DNA from: Hydrolagus affinis
Taxonomy: Eukaryota
Assembly (NCBI GenBank): GCA_012026655.1
Contig: JAAILG010000881.1
Span: forward strand, 1 to 64,000
Direction of reading: 5' to 3'
Length of the DNA: 64,000 nucleotides
Below the pieces are notes generated by a model. The model worked only from the letters and a program-made list of their open reading frames with translations. It did no database searches and was not told where the DNA came from. Made by a program: the position numbers and the translations under genes. Each line of letters starts with the position of its first letter. Positions within the stretch are counted from its first letter, which is position 1. Positions 37,775-50,206 of the stretch are shown piece after piece.

Positions 37775-38992
37775 TTATTTTCATTCTAACAATGCAGATA
37801 GAAACACTTGCTGTTGAAGAGAAAAAAAACAATGTTTTAGGGAAACTGCACTCTGGAGTGATTATTATTGGTAATATGTCCACAGTTCATTTAACTATGT
37901 TCCACATCTGCCAATAAACCATTAGGTTTTATTTCCTCGGTACAACACTGATATGTAATGTGTGAACCATTTACGGCAGGTTCATTGGACTTTCCAACAT
38001 AAATCTTTTGTCACTATTCATAAATTCTTTTTTGGGGGGTTAATATTTCTTGCTGATTTCCATCTGGGCTGCAGTTCTTTACTGAACAAAAGCAGCACCC
38101 TGCAATACAGGTTTGTGCTTCACATTGTTAGTGTTACTCACTTGCAAAACATTAGCCAAGTCTGTCAAGTTTCTTGGTCAACCTGCTTCTCTCCTGAACT
38201 AAATGTGGGAATAAATTAGCCCTAAACACAGCACTAATTGGGCCCCATCACTCAGTAAAAGTCATTCAGGTGGCTGGTGGGAAGAAACAAAATTAACTTG
38301 CCAGCGTACTAAGGATTGCTGTGAATTTGTGATTAAAATGCATTTGTATTGCTGTTCCAAGGGGATTTCACATCCAACCTGCAATAATTATGCTCTGGGA
38401 GCTTCAGATACCAAATACAGAGAGAAAATATTACATTTTAGTATTCCAAACATTGTCACCTCCCAGCTTGTTAAACACAAAGGTAAACTCAATTTACTGT
38501 TTATATGTAACATTAATTCTGGGACCAGGTGAGTTAGATGGCCAATTTTAAACCATTATGTTCAAGAAGATACCGTAATATGAACCTGCTTGACACAATT
38601 TGACTGTGTCCATTTCGAAATATTTCAAACTCAATTGATATGCCAATAGGTGTTCTTGCATTCCATTTGTTTTCCACAATTGTATACCTGCAAAGAAACA
38701 AAACAATTTTTGCATCTGAATATTTTCCTGCTCTCACAGAAAGGCTATGGTCTTATCTCCATTATATTATTACAGTACAGTATATCTTATCCCAGGATTT
38801 CACAATAGAAACAGTGAAACAGCTCTTACACTGTGCCACTAGGGAGTGATGGATCTAAGTAGCTCAAGTACACAGGCTCAACATAAGTAACTAGCAGCCG
38901 CAGAATCACTCGCAGAACTAGTAAGACTTACCTAATAACCTTACACTGGCATTGGGGACAACCATTAAAGTCTAGATAAGGGTTGTTGCAAC

Positions 38993-39421
38993 TAGTGTCC
39001 GGCGATATTGGATTTTTCCGATATCAATATATCGATGGGCTCATATCGATATCACCAGGTTTTTTACTCACGTTTCGAACCTTGTGTTGGGAAAGGAAGA
39101 AGGGGGATGCACACACATTCAGTATGCTTGCGCATTCAGTATGCGTTCTCTACGCCCAGGAGGTTTGCGATGCCGGCGACAAGGTATGTTGAATGCTATC
39201 TTGTGTGAGTTGTGTCGTCAAGTACAGTTGAATCTTTGGTTGTATATTTTCTGAATGCTGTAACGTGGCATTTGTTGACAATATTTTGTCAATATACCGA
39301 TATTTCTTTTCCTAACCAAATTTTTTGATATACCGATATATATTTAAACTTCCAATATCGGTATATCGATATGAAAAATTCTACTGATATAACCGATATA
39401 TCGATATATCGCCGGACACTA
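38993..39421. mobile_element. non-autonomous hAT DNA transposon (MITE), 429 bp
   Basis: Perfect 16-bp TIRs TAGTGTCCGGCGATAT / ATATCGCCGGACACTA; perfect 8-bp TSD GTTGCAAC at 38985-38992 and 39422-39429; subterminal CGATAT repeats. Confidence 0.92.
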
Positions 39422-39761
39422 GTTGCAACCCATTAGTAAGCTTAATCATTTTTAAAAAAAATGTGTTTTGTATTAAGTCAGGATAGTGCAGTCATAAGCT
39501 CATCAACCTAATTTTTGCCTAAGGACAGAAAAGAATTGGCCTTGAGAGAGAGTTGGAAGAGTGGCAAAGAGGACCATTCAAACAAAAATGGCAGGACTTC
39601 AGTAGGTGTATTTTATTTGATTATAGAGTCTTTCACGGCAGGAGGACCTCTCACAGCACTTCACTGGATTTATTGTATAGTTTTTCTTAAGCAAATGGAG
39701 CAGCAACACAACAATTTCCGACAAATGACCGTGAAGTGATTGTCCAATTTTATTTTATTAC

Positions 39762-39835
39762 TGGCCAGGACACCAGGAGAAACTCCCCTCTCTTTCAAAA
39801 TGGTGCCATGGGATCTTTAACATTCACTTGAACAA
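39762..39835 (-). mobile_element. Deu-domain fragment
   Basis: TGGCCAGGACACCAGGAGAAACTCCCCT...GTGCCATGGGATCTTTAACATTCACTTGA. Confidence 0.8.
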
Positions 39836-40268
39836 TCAACCATACTTCCCTCAATATTGTTGATTTGTTTTTAAATACCTCCTTTTTCATGCTTTCCATG
39901 TGATAAACTTTCTACTTGACCCCTAGGGAGAAAAATTGCCAATCGAATAACAACCGGGTTCCTACTTACTGCTAGGTAAGCAGAGGCATGTATAGGAAGG
40001 AAACTTGCCTAATATTTCACCCTATCATGGCTATTAATGGCACAGAACAGTTTAACTCTGGATATTGTTAGTAAGCATAATTTCTAACAATATGGCTCCT
40101 CCCTGAACGGAGTGACCTCCAATTGGCTCCAGAAGCTGAAATCCGAATAAGGGATAAAGCTGTGTGAAATGCTTTCAATAAGCTATTGTTCAAACAACTC
40201 CTTTATTTGTACGACATTATAAAACATCCACAACGCTGTTGTGTTTTGCCCTTGTAAAAACAAATGGA

Positions 40269-40370
40269 TAATAATAATAATCCTTGCATTTGATATAGCG
40301 CTTTTAACGTCTTCTAGATGTCTCAAAGCATTTAACGGAATATACTGTGAACTGAACTGACTGTATATAT
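40269..40370 (-). mobile_element. SINE 3' fragment
   Basis: (ATA)n ATCCTTGCATTTGATATAGCGCTTTTAACGTCTTCTAGATGTCTCAAAGC. Confidence 0.9.
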
Positions 40371-40867
40371 GGATCAGAATACAGTTCAGTGACTTTTTGT
40401 TTCATTTCAGATTTTGCAGGGGAAGATTTAAAAGATGGACTGTAGGAAGCTCAGTAAAGATTATCTGAGTGAAACATGCAGTTTAACCACAGCAATGAAA
40501 TGCTAGGACATGCAGTGAGCATCATAAACAGCCTTGACATGAGATAGTGCTACTTTACTCCCTCTTTGTAGTGGATTCATCACCACTAATCGGTTGCTTT
40601 CGCCAAAGACGGAATTTCAGACAAGTCCAAAAAAAATGCCCGACTACAACTAGAGAGATGCTGCTGCATTCAAAATTTCACGTCCCTTTCCTGACAGGTA
40701 TGGTAAGTTCGAGAATTATCTCAGGGGAAGAAAAAACATTTCTCTACAATAAATTAGCAGTGGTCTGCAGAAACTCACAATGCACTTGTTTGTTAAAGAG
40801 TTTGGATGTTGATTGGTTCCAATATTACAATTCAGGAGTGGGTTACCATCACACCTGAGACAATCTT

Positions 40868-40922
40868 ACAACAATAACAAAATTACATTTATAGAGCACC
40901 TTTCACGTCGGGTGGACGTCCT
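40868..40922 (-). mobile_element. L2 3' tail only
   Basis: ACAACAATAACAAAATTACATTTATAGAGCACCTTTCACGTCGGGTGGACGTCC. Confidence 0.85.
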
Positions 40923-40972
40923 TTTGCTATTGCAATGGGCTATGAAAATCCTGTAGCTCAGTGGCTATGTGG

Positions 40973-41287
40973 AGTCCTGTAGCTCAGTGGTTAGAGCACT
41001 CGCCTTACAAATGAGAGACCTGGGTTCGATTCCAGGCAGGGAGAAACCTTGGATAAGTTTCCTTACCCTACACACCTGATAATAATCCCTCAAAAAAATA
41101 ATATAGTAAATTGGTCATTTCAATCCACGACTGTTTGTGGGACACTGCTCTGCGCAATTGGCTGCCGTGTTTTGCCCATAAATGTACAGTCAATTCACTC
41201 TACAGTATATTCTGTGAAGCACTTTGAGACATCTAAAAGATGTGAAAAGTGCAACATCAAATGTAAGGATTATTATTATTATTATTA
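40973..41287 (+). mobile_element. full-length tRNA-derived SINE with intact Pol III A and B boxes
   Basis: A box TAGCTCAGTGG, B box GGTTCGATTCC, core, L2-like tail, (ATT)6. Confidence 0.95.
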
Positions 41288-42431
41288 ATCGGAAATGTGA
41301 ACCAGACTTCTCACTTTATCCCATTAAGTTGTTTAGCTGCCAGCAGCATAAACAGTAAAATGAATGTGCATTTTGCTCCAACTATAACCATTTGTGTATT
41401 GCTGGTCCAGTGCAAATCTAGCATCTAAAACATTCTACTAATACTGTACCATTATGTTGATTGTGTTGTGACTTGGTTTTCTGCTGGCCAAGAATGTTTT
41501 TAACATATGGAGGCCAATGTTAAGCATTTGGGGGCTTAGATAAACACATGCAAGTAAGGCTTCCAACTTGCCTCAGCCCAGAATATTTAGAGAGGCACGG
41601 TTCAAAAGAATGATGAACCCATGCATAATTAAATCTGTCAGAAGTCCAGCGGATGTGTAGATGAAATCATTTTCCTGATTGGTAGAAAAGTTTTGTTTGA
41701 ACAACACACAAAATCTTGGGACTCGAATGTGCTGTTCAGCTGATTGATTCCAGTGAGTATTATATACTAATAAAACAATCAATGGAAATATTACTGTTAC
41801 CTGAAATCAATAGTACAGGTAAGATTATCTGGTAAAATGTGCATTTGACAACATGCACAACAATGGGTTAATATCACATCAAATTGCTCAGGAGCTATTC
41901 TTCCACCAGCATTAATGCAAATTGCTCAGTCATTAAATAACTGCATTTCATTGTTTGTTTGTTTATTAGCATGGCATTGGCAGTCTTCTTTTGAGCAGGT
42001 GACTTATTAAAATTTGTAATTAAATAATTGCAAGATCCTGAGGGAGGGAATTAAGCAAAGGCCCGTTTGAGGAAAGGATTTTTTTTTCTTTATTAAAAAA
42101 TGATCTAGAATAGCTGCGACCCTTCTTATTTCCTGGATTCTCTGCATTTTGTTTAATAAGGAGGAAGTGCACATTCAGGCTTATTCTGACTTGGTTGTGA
42201 CTGAACCAAGGACGCAGACAATCTGAACCACTGTGCCGTGCAATAAAGCACAAACAGTGGAGGAAATGGAAAGCACCAGGACCAGCAGATGATGCAGGTA
42301 GGTAGCTTTCTTCACTCCCCAGGCAGGGGAGGAAAACTTAAACATTAGTTACTGAACCATGTGCATATTAACACCAAATGCTCCTCACCATCTGTTTAGG
42401 AAGACGACCCTGCGGACTCTGCAGACTGAAA

Positions 42432-42439
42432 TGACGTCA
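42432..42439. promoter_or_regulatory. full palindromic CRE (TGACGTCA)
   Basis: Exact motif retaining its CpG in unique, CpG-poor sequence; motif match only. Confidence 0.25.
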
Positions 42440-45400
42440 ATCCAAACATGGCTAATCAATCTCTACTTGGCACACGTTGAACAAAAGAAAATGAAACACT
42501 GACATCTCCGGATTCTACCAGCCTATCAAAATAAAACCGCTCCATCCATTAGGAATAAATGATGCTCAAATACTGATCGACACCTTACAGTATCCTGGAT
42601 ATTTACACATAATGGCCACGAATGTAAGGAGAGCTTCAAGAAATCAATGAGTTTGAGTAAAAGTAATACACGGACACCCACAGCAGTGATAAGTCTGATT
42701 AGAGGATCCCGTTTAATATTTGATGTCTTACATTAATCACACGTAACCTTGAAAATTACTTCAAACGGCAATTCTATGTGCTGCGACTGCCACTTGTGTT
42801 ATGATTACACGATAAAAGAACTAACCATAGACAAGACAACTAAATATACCACAATTAATCGTGAGCATTTTTATGCATTGAATAGTGCTATGGCATGGAA
42901 AGGAACCAGGAAGCAAATTAATAGCACACACAAGATTTTAAAAAACAGCCAAAGGTAAAAGACAGATGGTTGGTAGGCTGTCACAGCAACAGGAGGAGCA
43001 GAGGGGATAAGGGATTAGGAAGCTGGTTTAAGGAAAGGTGAGATGAAAGCAAAACATTCTCTTATTGATGATCAGAAAAGTAATATTAGAAATGTATATA
43101 TTATGTATAAATATATGAGGTATAATTGTCTGAATATCAGCTCATTTATTGGATGCTCAGAGCCTCAATGTTTTAAATAAAATTTCTTTCAACATTGACA
43201 GAATTTCCACTGACACATTATTATGGGCAATTCTTAAAGTGCATTGTTTGAAATATTCTTTTAATTTGAAAGCAAAAATTCTGTTCTGGTCACACTTTAC
43301 AGAAATGGTAATAATAGTATTGGTCGTTGATAAAGCACGTCATCAAAATAACTCATAGGATTCGCTGCAAAGTTTAGTGACTGTGTATATGTAGGTAGAT
43401 ACCTTTCTCAGTCAGTGCCAGAAAGAACTTCTTTCTGTGGAAACATATGTTTTGGGCTCCTCGTGGATGTTTGCCATTTTTCAAGCTGCTTTCTGAGTTG
43501 CCAGATTAATAAACAGACTAACATGAAGTGACAATGTTTGCGCCACACAGAGTTTGACTATATACATTTCCAGTGCAAATCCAATAGCACTAAATCCATA
43601 ACTGCAAAAATAACAAGAATTAGAGGAGGACAGACTTGCAAATTATTCAATAAAACAATGTGGATTATAGAGGGTGTAAAAATTTTGAAGTTGAAAGCAG
43701 AATGTTTCCATGTTTCAAACCAAATACTGTAAAGAAGGCTGAGAAAGCAAACCAAAGTCAATATCCTATCTTAAAGAAACATATAACCTCTATGTGCAAC
43801 CTAATATTTTTCTTGAGCACGTTTCGTTGCCAAACGAATTCACACTAGCACAAAACGAGGTGCCTGAGTGATCACCAAAACTTCAGGGAACATCGGGAGG
43901 TGGCAGGAATCTCAATGGGAAACAAACTGAAAGTAATGAAGGTGCGAAAACGTCATCTAGGCTGAATCAAAATGGCAAAGCTCAGTTGCACCTTCCCTCT
44001 GGTTTTTTTTTGCATGTTTTTTATTTGATGGGTCTCAGCTTTATGCTTTTTGTTTTTGGTACTGTAAAGGGCCATTTATGTACAGACATAATAATATAAG
44101 CACGTTCCTTGCAGCGCACCCCATGTGGTCAATTTCAGAGCTTGCTATTCTCTATCACAGTCCATGCGCCACTGAAGTAGCAAACAAGTTTCACCTCTAT
44201 TTAGATTGCAATAAATTTATACAGTCACTTTCAAGGATCTAATCTGCTGAAAGTATTTTGCATCTTTTGCATCTTATTAACTCTACTTTTGGTATTTTAC
44301 CACCAGGCTGAAGAAATGGTCCTCATCTTCTGTTGAGAATAATAAAGAATAATAGGAACAATTATTGATATAATCGAAGCAAAAATAAATCGTCCCTTGG
44401 AGTGATACAGTGAAGTTTTCCGAAGGTACCGGATGTTTCTGATTACTCCAGCACTTTGATTTTTACTTTGTTGTGTTTGTTGAAGGAATGATTGGCATGG
44501 ATATGTGTTGGGTTCTCAGCCCATAGAGTGCCTAATATGGTAATCCAATGGCTGGGAACTGTTCAGCTTCCTGTTGGGTCCAATAATAAACATCATCTGC
44601 ACCTGTGGCACAATAGTCAATCTGAGCTAGTCACCAGCCAAACCTTGAAAACATCTCTCTGCTTCCTCATTGGGTAAATGTATCACTGAAAATAGCTATG
44701 ACAATATGGCCAGAAAGTTGTGATGTTACATAATTAACTGGATATAATCAAATGCAGTTTGAACCACCCTATCCAAATTTCACCCCTCTATCTATTGATA
44801 TACAGGAGAAAACAATAGGCCAACTTTATGAAAACGTAAGTTATGCTGATCTTATGTTCATCCATGAGGATCCAATTTATTTGGTTCATTTTTCATTAAA
44901 TCACTGGATCTTGTTTCAATTGCACTTTGAATTACTGAATTTATGTAGGTTCTTTTGTAAGGCAGATAAAATGCTGCATTTGTTCAGTGGTGGAGGGGTA
45001 GAGGGAGAGAGATGTGCTTACCAAGTAACAGTATATTGATGCGTTTATAATAGTCCTTAAATTGGAATGTGATCACAGATCTTTTAGTGCAAAGTCAGAC
45101 TGGTAGGAAACATAGAATGTAGCTGACAGTTTGTTTTAATGAGGAGTGTAATGTAATTGATTTTAACGTGAAAACCTAGTTTAGAAAAGATTAAATAAGG
45201 TTACCAAACTAAAAATCTGTAGTGGGGGAAGGCAGGCGACATTGATGCAAAAAGACACTGAAGTCACCAGTCTGGTGTGTTAAAGGCAGCAGCACACAGA
45301 CAAAGCAGATATGTGGATATCTCAGCAGATAGAGGGCAGTCTGGTGAAACGCTCGTTAATGTGCTTTGTGGGCTCCTCAACACACAATAGCTGTTTAGAA

Positions 45401-46834
45401 TCTAACACAAATAAAATTGGAGGCTTCAGTAGAAGTTACATAGGAATATTATTATTGTTACTACTAGCTGAAATAGGATTCCCATGACTTTCAGTACAGA
45501 AGAATAACAGATTGCCAATGAGGTATAACTCCAGGGTTCTGGAATTTTACCTTAAAATAACCACAAGTATCATTGAAGAGGTATATTTAATTCTATGTAA
45601 TTCGATGTCATTAGAAACTTTATACACTGGAATATTTTTAACATTCACAGTCAATAGGGAACATTTTACCTGTAGTGTAAAATGCACTAGTGTAAAAAGC
45701 TCTCAAAATGCAATGCATTTAAGTGGTTAAATGTAAACAAGTGACTTACAAATGTAATAAGGCCTCATTTTCAAATGCTGTGAGAGCTGAGTTCTTAATT
45801 AGACAACTTGATAGCCTCATTGTTACTCATTAATAACAATGATCAAAGCATCTAACTATAAGGGGAAAATTGTCCTATCAGACTTGAGCCCATTATTCAG
45901 TATAAAGTTGTAGCAATAATGATCCATTTTTAACGACTGGATTGGATAATTATAATTAAATAATGATTGCACATGTGTTTTAGAATCAAGGCCCCAAATT
46001 GAGTTTGTTCCCTTATAATTACTTTACATTTTTACTTAAAAATAACATTCAATTATATGTGCAATCTATTTACGTAATTCTGAGTGGCCATGAAATAGTA
46101 ACGGAGGAGGTGGATGAACAGAAAGCACCTTTGTGATAATCTTGTGCTTTGTGTTACACAATACTGAAGGGTAATCTGAAGCGCTGATCACATTGTCGGC
46201 CCTCTATTGAATCCAATAGTATAGATTATTAGAATAATAATCTTTTTCTCAAGTTGAAAAGATGTAGAATTGAAAATATGTTCATTTGTTACCTCATGTC
46301 TCTCGTAAAACTGTTAACTGAAACATATTGGGATGCAGAGTACTACGGTATGCATTGATTTCCAACAGAATTTTCTAATAAAAGCATAAGGGATTGTTTC
46401 ATTTCAAACAAATAGAAATAAAAATTGAGTAATCAAGAATGAAGGCAGCCAATTATTTTCTGACACTGGCACACGCACAGCAAGGGAGCTTCCAGTTCAG
46501 AAGAAGGGGCATTGACAATATAATGCAAAGGTTTAACATTAAACTATTGATTAAAATGTCAAACATTATTATCTAGGTTCACTTTTCTATGTGTATGCAT
46601 GTCAGAAATCATCATATCCTCCGTAACATCTGCTGATGATTCCTGACATATTTGATATTGATTGCCCATTTCAGGCAGGGGTAGAGCAGTCAAGCAGCTG
46701 AAAGACAGAGGTGGTGAGTGAGGGCATGGAGAGCCATTGCTCATATTGATTCAGCTTTTGCCACCACATCTGGGCTACCCTGTTTTGCCTGTGATGTAGT
46801 TTTGTAAGTGCACATGGCAATAGTTGTTTTGTTA

Positions 46835-47016
46835 CCCTAGCCAACAATCCCTCAAATAAAATTGATCATTCACTTCACGGCTGTTTGTGGGACGTTGGTG
46901 TTCGCAAATTGGCCTCCACCAAAACATATAGACATTACACTTTACGGGACATCAACTGAAGGGCTTTGACATGTTCACGTGACACGAAAGGCGCGATACC
47001 AAATGCAAGGATTATT
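46835..47016 (+). mobile_element. Deu-type SINE 3' half
   Basis: CCTAGCCAACAATCCCTC...ACGGCTGTTTGTGGGACGTTGG...GAAAGGCGCGATACCAAATGCAAGGATTATT. Confidence 0.85.
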
Positions 47017-48242
47017 GATATATCTCATATCTCCTGCAAACTGAAGAACCACACTTGCTAGAATGTAACACAGCGCTGCAGCTGGTGTCAGCCAGGTCTA
47101 CGAGCTCAAACTCTGACCCCGCAATATTTTGACCCGAAGCAAGAGTCTCTTGAGCCAAAGCTGAGTATGTTCCAAACACCACTTCACCAACTATCTGATA
47201 GACTTGATCCAACTAATCATGAGGAACATAAAAAATATACAATACATCATTAGATTTAAATCCAGTCTGTTTTGTTTGCTCATGAGAGCGATCAAGTCTA
47301 CTTGGTTTAATCAAGGAATCGAGGTTTTATCATCTGTGACATCAAACGGTTTGGGGCTCGGGGCAATAAATGTAGCGTTTAATTTTTGAGTGCGATGTCC
47401 CTGAGCTCAGGCACCACATTGCTGTCAGAATCTTGAAGACGGTAGCACTCAAATGGAGCCTGCAGCGCTGATTTACAGGTGACTTGTAGAGCTCTTCAAC
47501 AGCCTGCGGATGAGAACTGCTTGGATCAGATCTCTGGGTGTGAGAAAGCAACTTCAATCTGGCTTTCCTGACAACTATGTTGTTAGATTTTTTTAAAAAA
47601 AGAATATTACTTTAACCCTGGCTTGTCAAAAATCCATTCGACTCAAGTCAAAAAAATACATTGCCTCTAAATATAAATCAACCTTTATTTTATAGAAATG
47701 TAATGCCATGGTTAGGAAAATGTGTTCTGACAGCTTAAATCAGCGATTACGTATTAAGTGGATCATCCTTTACTCTTTGCCCTCAACCCCACGCCCAAGT
47801 CTATTTTTCCTCAATGGTCACTATGTATTTCAGGGAATGCTGCAAACAAGGATTGGTCTCAAGCCAATCAACACTTCTCCAAAAGGATTCAACATTGATT
47901 TAAAAAAAAGGTAAGACACAATCACGTAGAGGAAACTGGTGAGGCCAGTGAGAAACTATAATGTGAAACATTGTGAAAACTAATCAGCACCACAAAATTA
48001 ATTTGCTTCAAACAAGCTGAGTGTTTTATTTGCTTTGCTTTAAATTAAATATCAGTGCCTCACACAAACGAGTTGCAACAGGTTTTGGAAGGAACCTTGC
48101 CCACAACGAAATGGCACTCATTCTCGAGATGTCTCTTCTTTTATTTGTACAGAATCTAGACTAAACATGGCTCTCCATCTTTATACCAATCAAATTGCTG
48201 TTGGTACAGGGGAAGGGATAATTTTTCCCCACTATATGCTTG

Positions 48243-48842
48243 AGTCAGCCTGGCTCAGTTGTTAGCATTCTCAACTCTGATTCAGAAGGCTGTGAGTTAA
48301 AGCCCCATGAGTTAAATTCCTAAGTCTAGACTGATACTCCAAAGCAGGGTATACTGCTTTGCTGGGGGTGTTGTCTTTCGGATGAGATGTTAAACCGAGT
48401 CTGTTCATTCAAGTGCATGTTAAAGATCCCATGGCACTATTCAAAAAGAGAATGTTTCTTCCTTGTGTCCTTGCCAACAAGCCCGAAATAACATTGGTCA
48501 TTCACTTTGTGGCTGATTGTGAGACATTGCTGCGCACAAATTAGCTGCCGCTTTTGCCCACTAAATACAATTGTTGCAAATTGCTTCAATAAAGATTTTA
48601 ATTAAGACTTCATAGACAATTGGACTTTGAGAATGAGAAGCAAGTCAGCATAAAAGGATTCTGAGAATATGACTGGGCAGATTGCAGAAGAGAGTGGAAG
48701 TGTGAAGTTTAAATAAAGGAATGAACGAATCTAAACTGTGCTTTGGATTAACAAGCATTCCTACACTTTTACACTATATTCTGTAGAGTGCTTTGAGATG
48801 TCCTGCAAACGTGAAAGGAGCTATACTGAATGTAAGGATTTT
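48243..48842 (+). mobile_element. near full-length Deu-domain SINE, interrupted by about 190 bp of unassigned sequence (about 48571-48760)
   Basis: Head GGCTCAGTTGTTAGCA, Deu motif GTCTTTCGGATGAGATGTTAAACCGAG...AAAGATCCCATGGCACTATTC, core to 48570; tail resumes at TACACTTTTACACTATATTCTGTAGAGTGCTTTGAGATG. Confidence 0.85.
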
Positions 48843-50206
48843 CTGTTTCGGATAAGACCTTCCAAATAAAATATCTCACATTTCCTTCCCTTGCATTGTT
48901 TGTTGCCTCTTCTCCAAACATTGATTCTGTTTTCCCTTACAATGTGTATACAACCATCACCTGTTGGCACTTAGAGGAACACTCAAGTTCTACGGCTGAA
49001 TGCACAATTTACTGGACCCACACTTTCAGATTCATTCAGAATTCTGTTTTCATGTTTGTATGGACATGAATTAATCTCTCTGATGCAGAGACTGTAGTTC
49101 CATTAGACCACTGCAGACACATATATAGAGTAACATCATTAAGTGAACGGAGTCGTGACAACCCCTCCTCACCCTAGGAGCAGTGTTGGCTAATAGACAC
49201 AATGACCTCTAAATACAAGAAAGTCATTTCACAGTTAGTATCGATCATATTTAGAATACATTTATGAATTAGCCTAAACTGATCAAGTGGAGGTCTATCC
49301 TGGTTCTTTCAATAGCAAGTTTAATGCTCATCATTAATATTTAATGTACATTTGTCACCACTAATGGTCTGTAATGTGGAACATATTCAAGGACACATGT
49401 AAACCTACAGCATCAGTATACGTCTACTTTAATTTGCTCGCACTTCTTAAACTTTCCATCTAATGTGTGCTTTGCAATTTTTTCGCCATAATTTAGACAA
49501 AAGAAACAGTGAAGATAAATGATTATGATCAAAATGGTTGGTGCTGAAATCTTAGACATTCCAATCTGCAGTTTGCTTCCAGTGTGTTTATTGGCTTTTT
49601 TTTCCAGATTCAAATCACTAGAAATATCAAAGATAGTAACTCTCAGCATGAATCTTCACATAGAAATACATTGCATCTCTGCGGTGCAGTACAGAAGACT
49701 GAGAGATCTAGGCATCTGTAATCTTATTTTCTATTTCAGTGACTGCATCAATTCAGCAGAATAAAAGATGTAGTAAGCGGAACAAGCTTGATTACACTGG
49801 GCTGAACATAGTGGTTGACTGACTAGAGAAGAAAGTGGTCGTGTAGGGAAGTTATATTATTCAGTGAAGTTTAACCCGAAGTCAATGATTATTTCTTCTG
49901 CATAAATGAGTATATTTTATGAACTAATTTTGTGCTAAAGTACCAAAGATCATACAGTGTCTAACTTGTTTTCATATTTTCTTTAAAAAAAAGCCTTTCC
50001 CTTACTCCTAAAGTACTGGATGTATATTACAGGTATGTGTCACTTTGGGAATAGCCAAGGAATATTTTAATGTGATGCAGTTTTCACTGCAACCAAAAGA
50101 TTTATTAAAATGCATTTTCTCCCTTGTAAAGATATTTTCAGTTCTGGTATGTTCATCATATTGTTCCATGGCCATTACATGAATGATTTTATTCATATAA
50201 ATAAAT

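Noticed and set aside
40975-41045. tRNA gene
   Set aside because: The tRNA-like sequence is a SINE head: imperfect stems, directly followed by the SINE body.
47040-47212. Protein-like minus-strand frame LDQVYQIVGEVVFGTYSALAQE...
   Set aside because: Plausible acceptor but no convincing donor and no recognisable homology; left uncalled.
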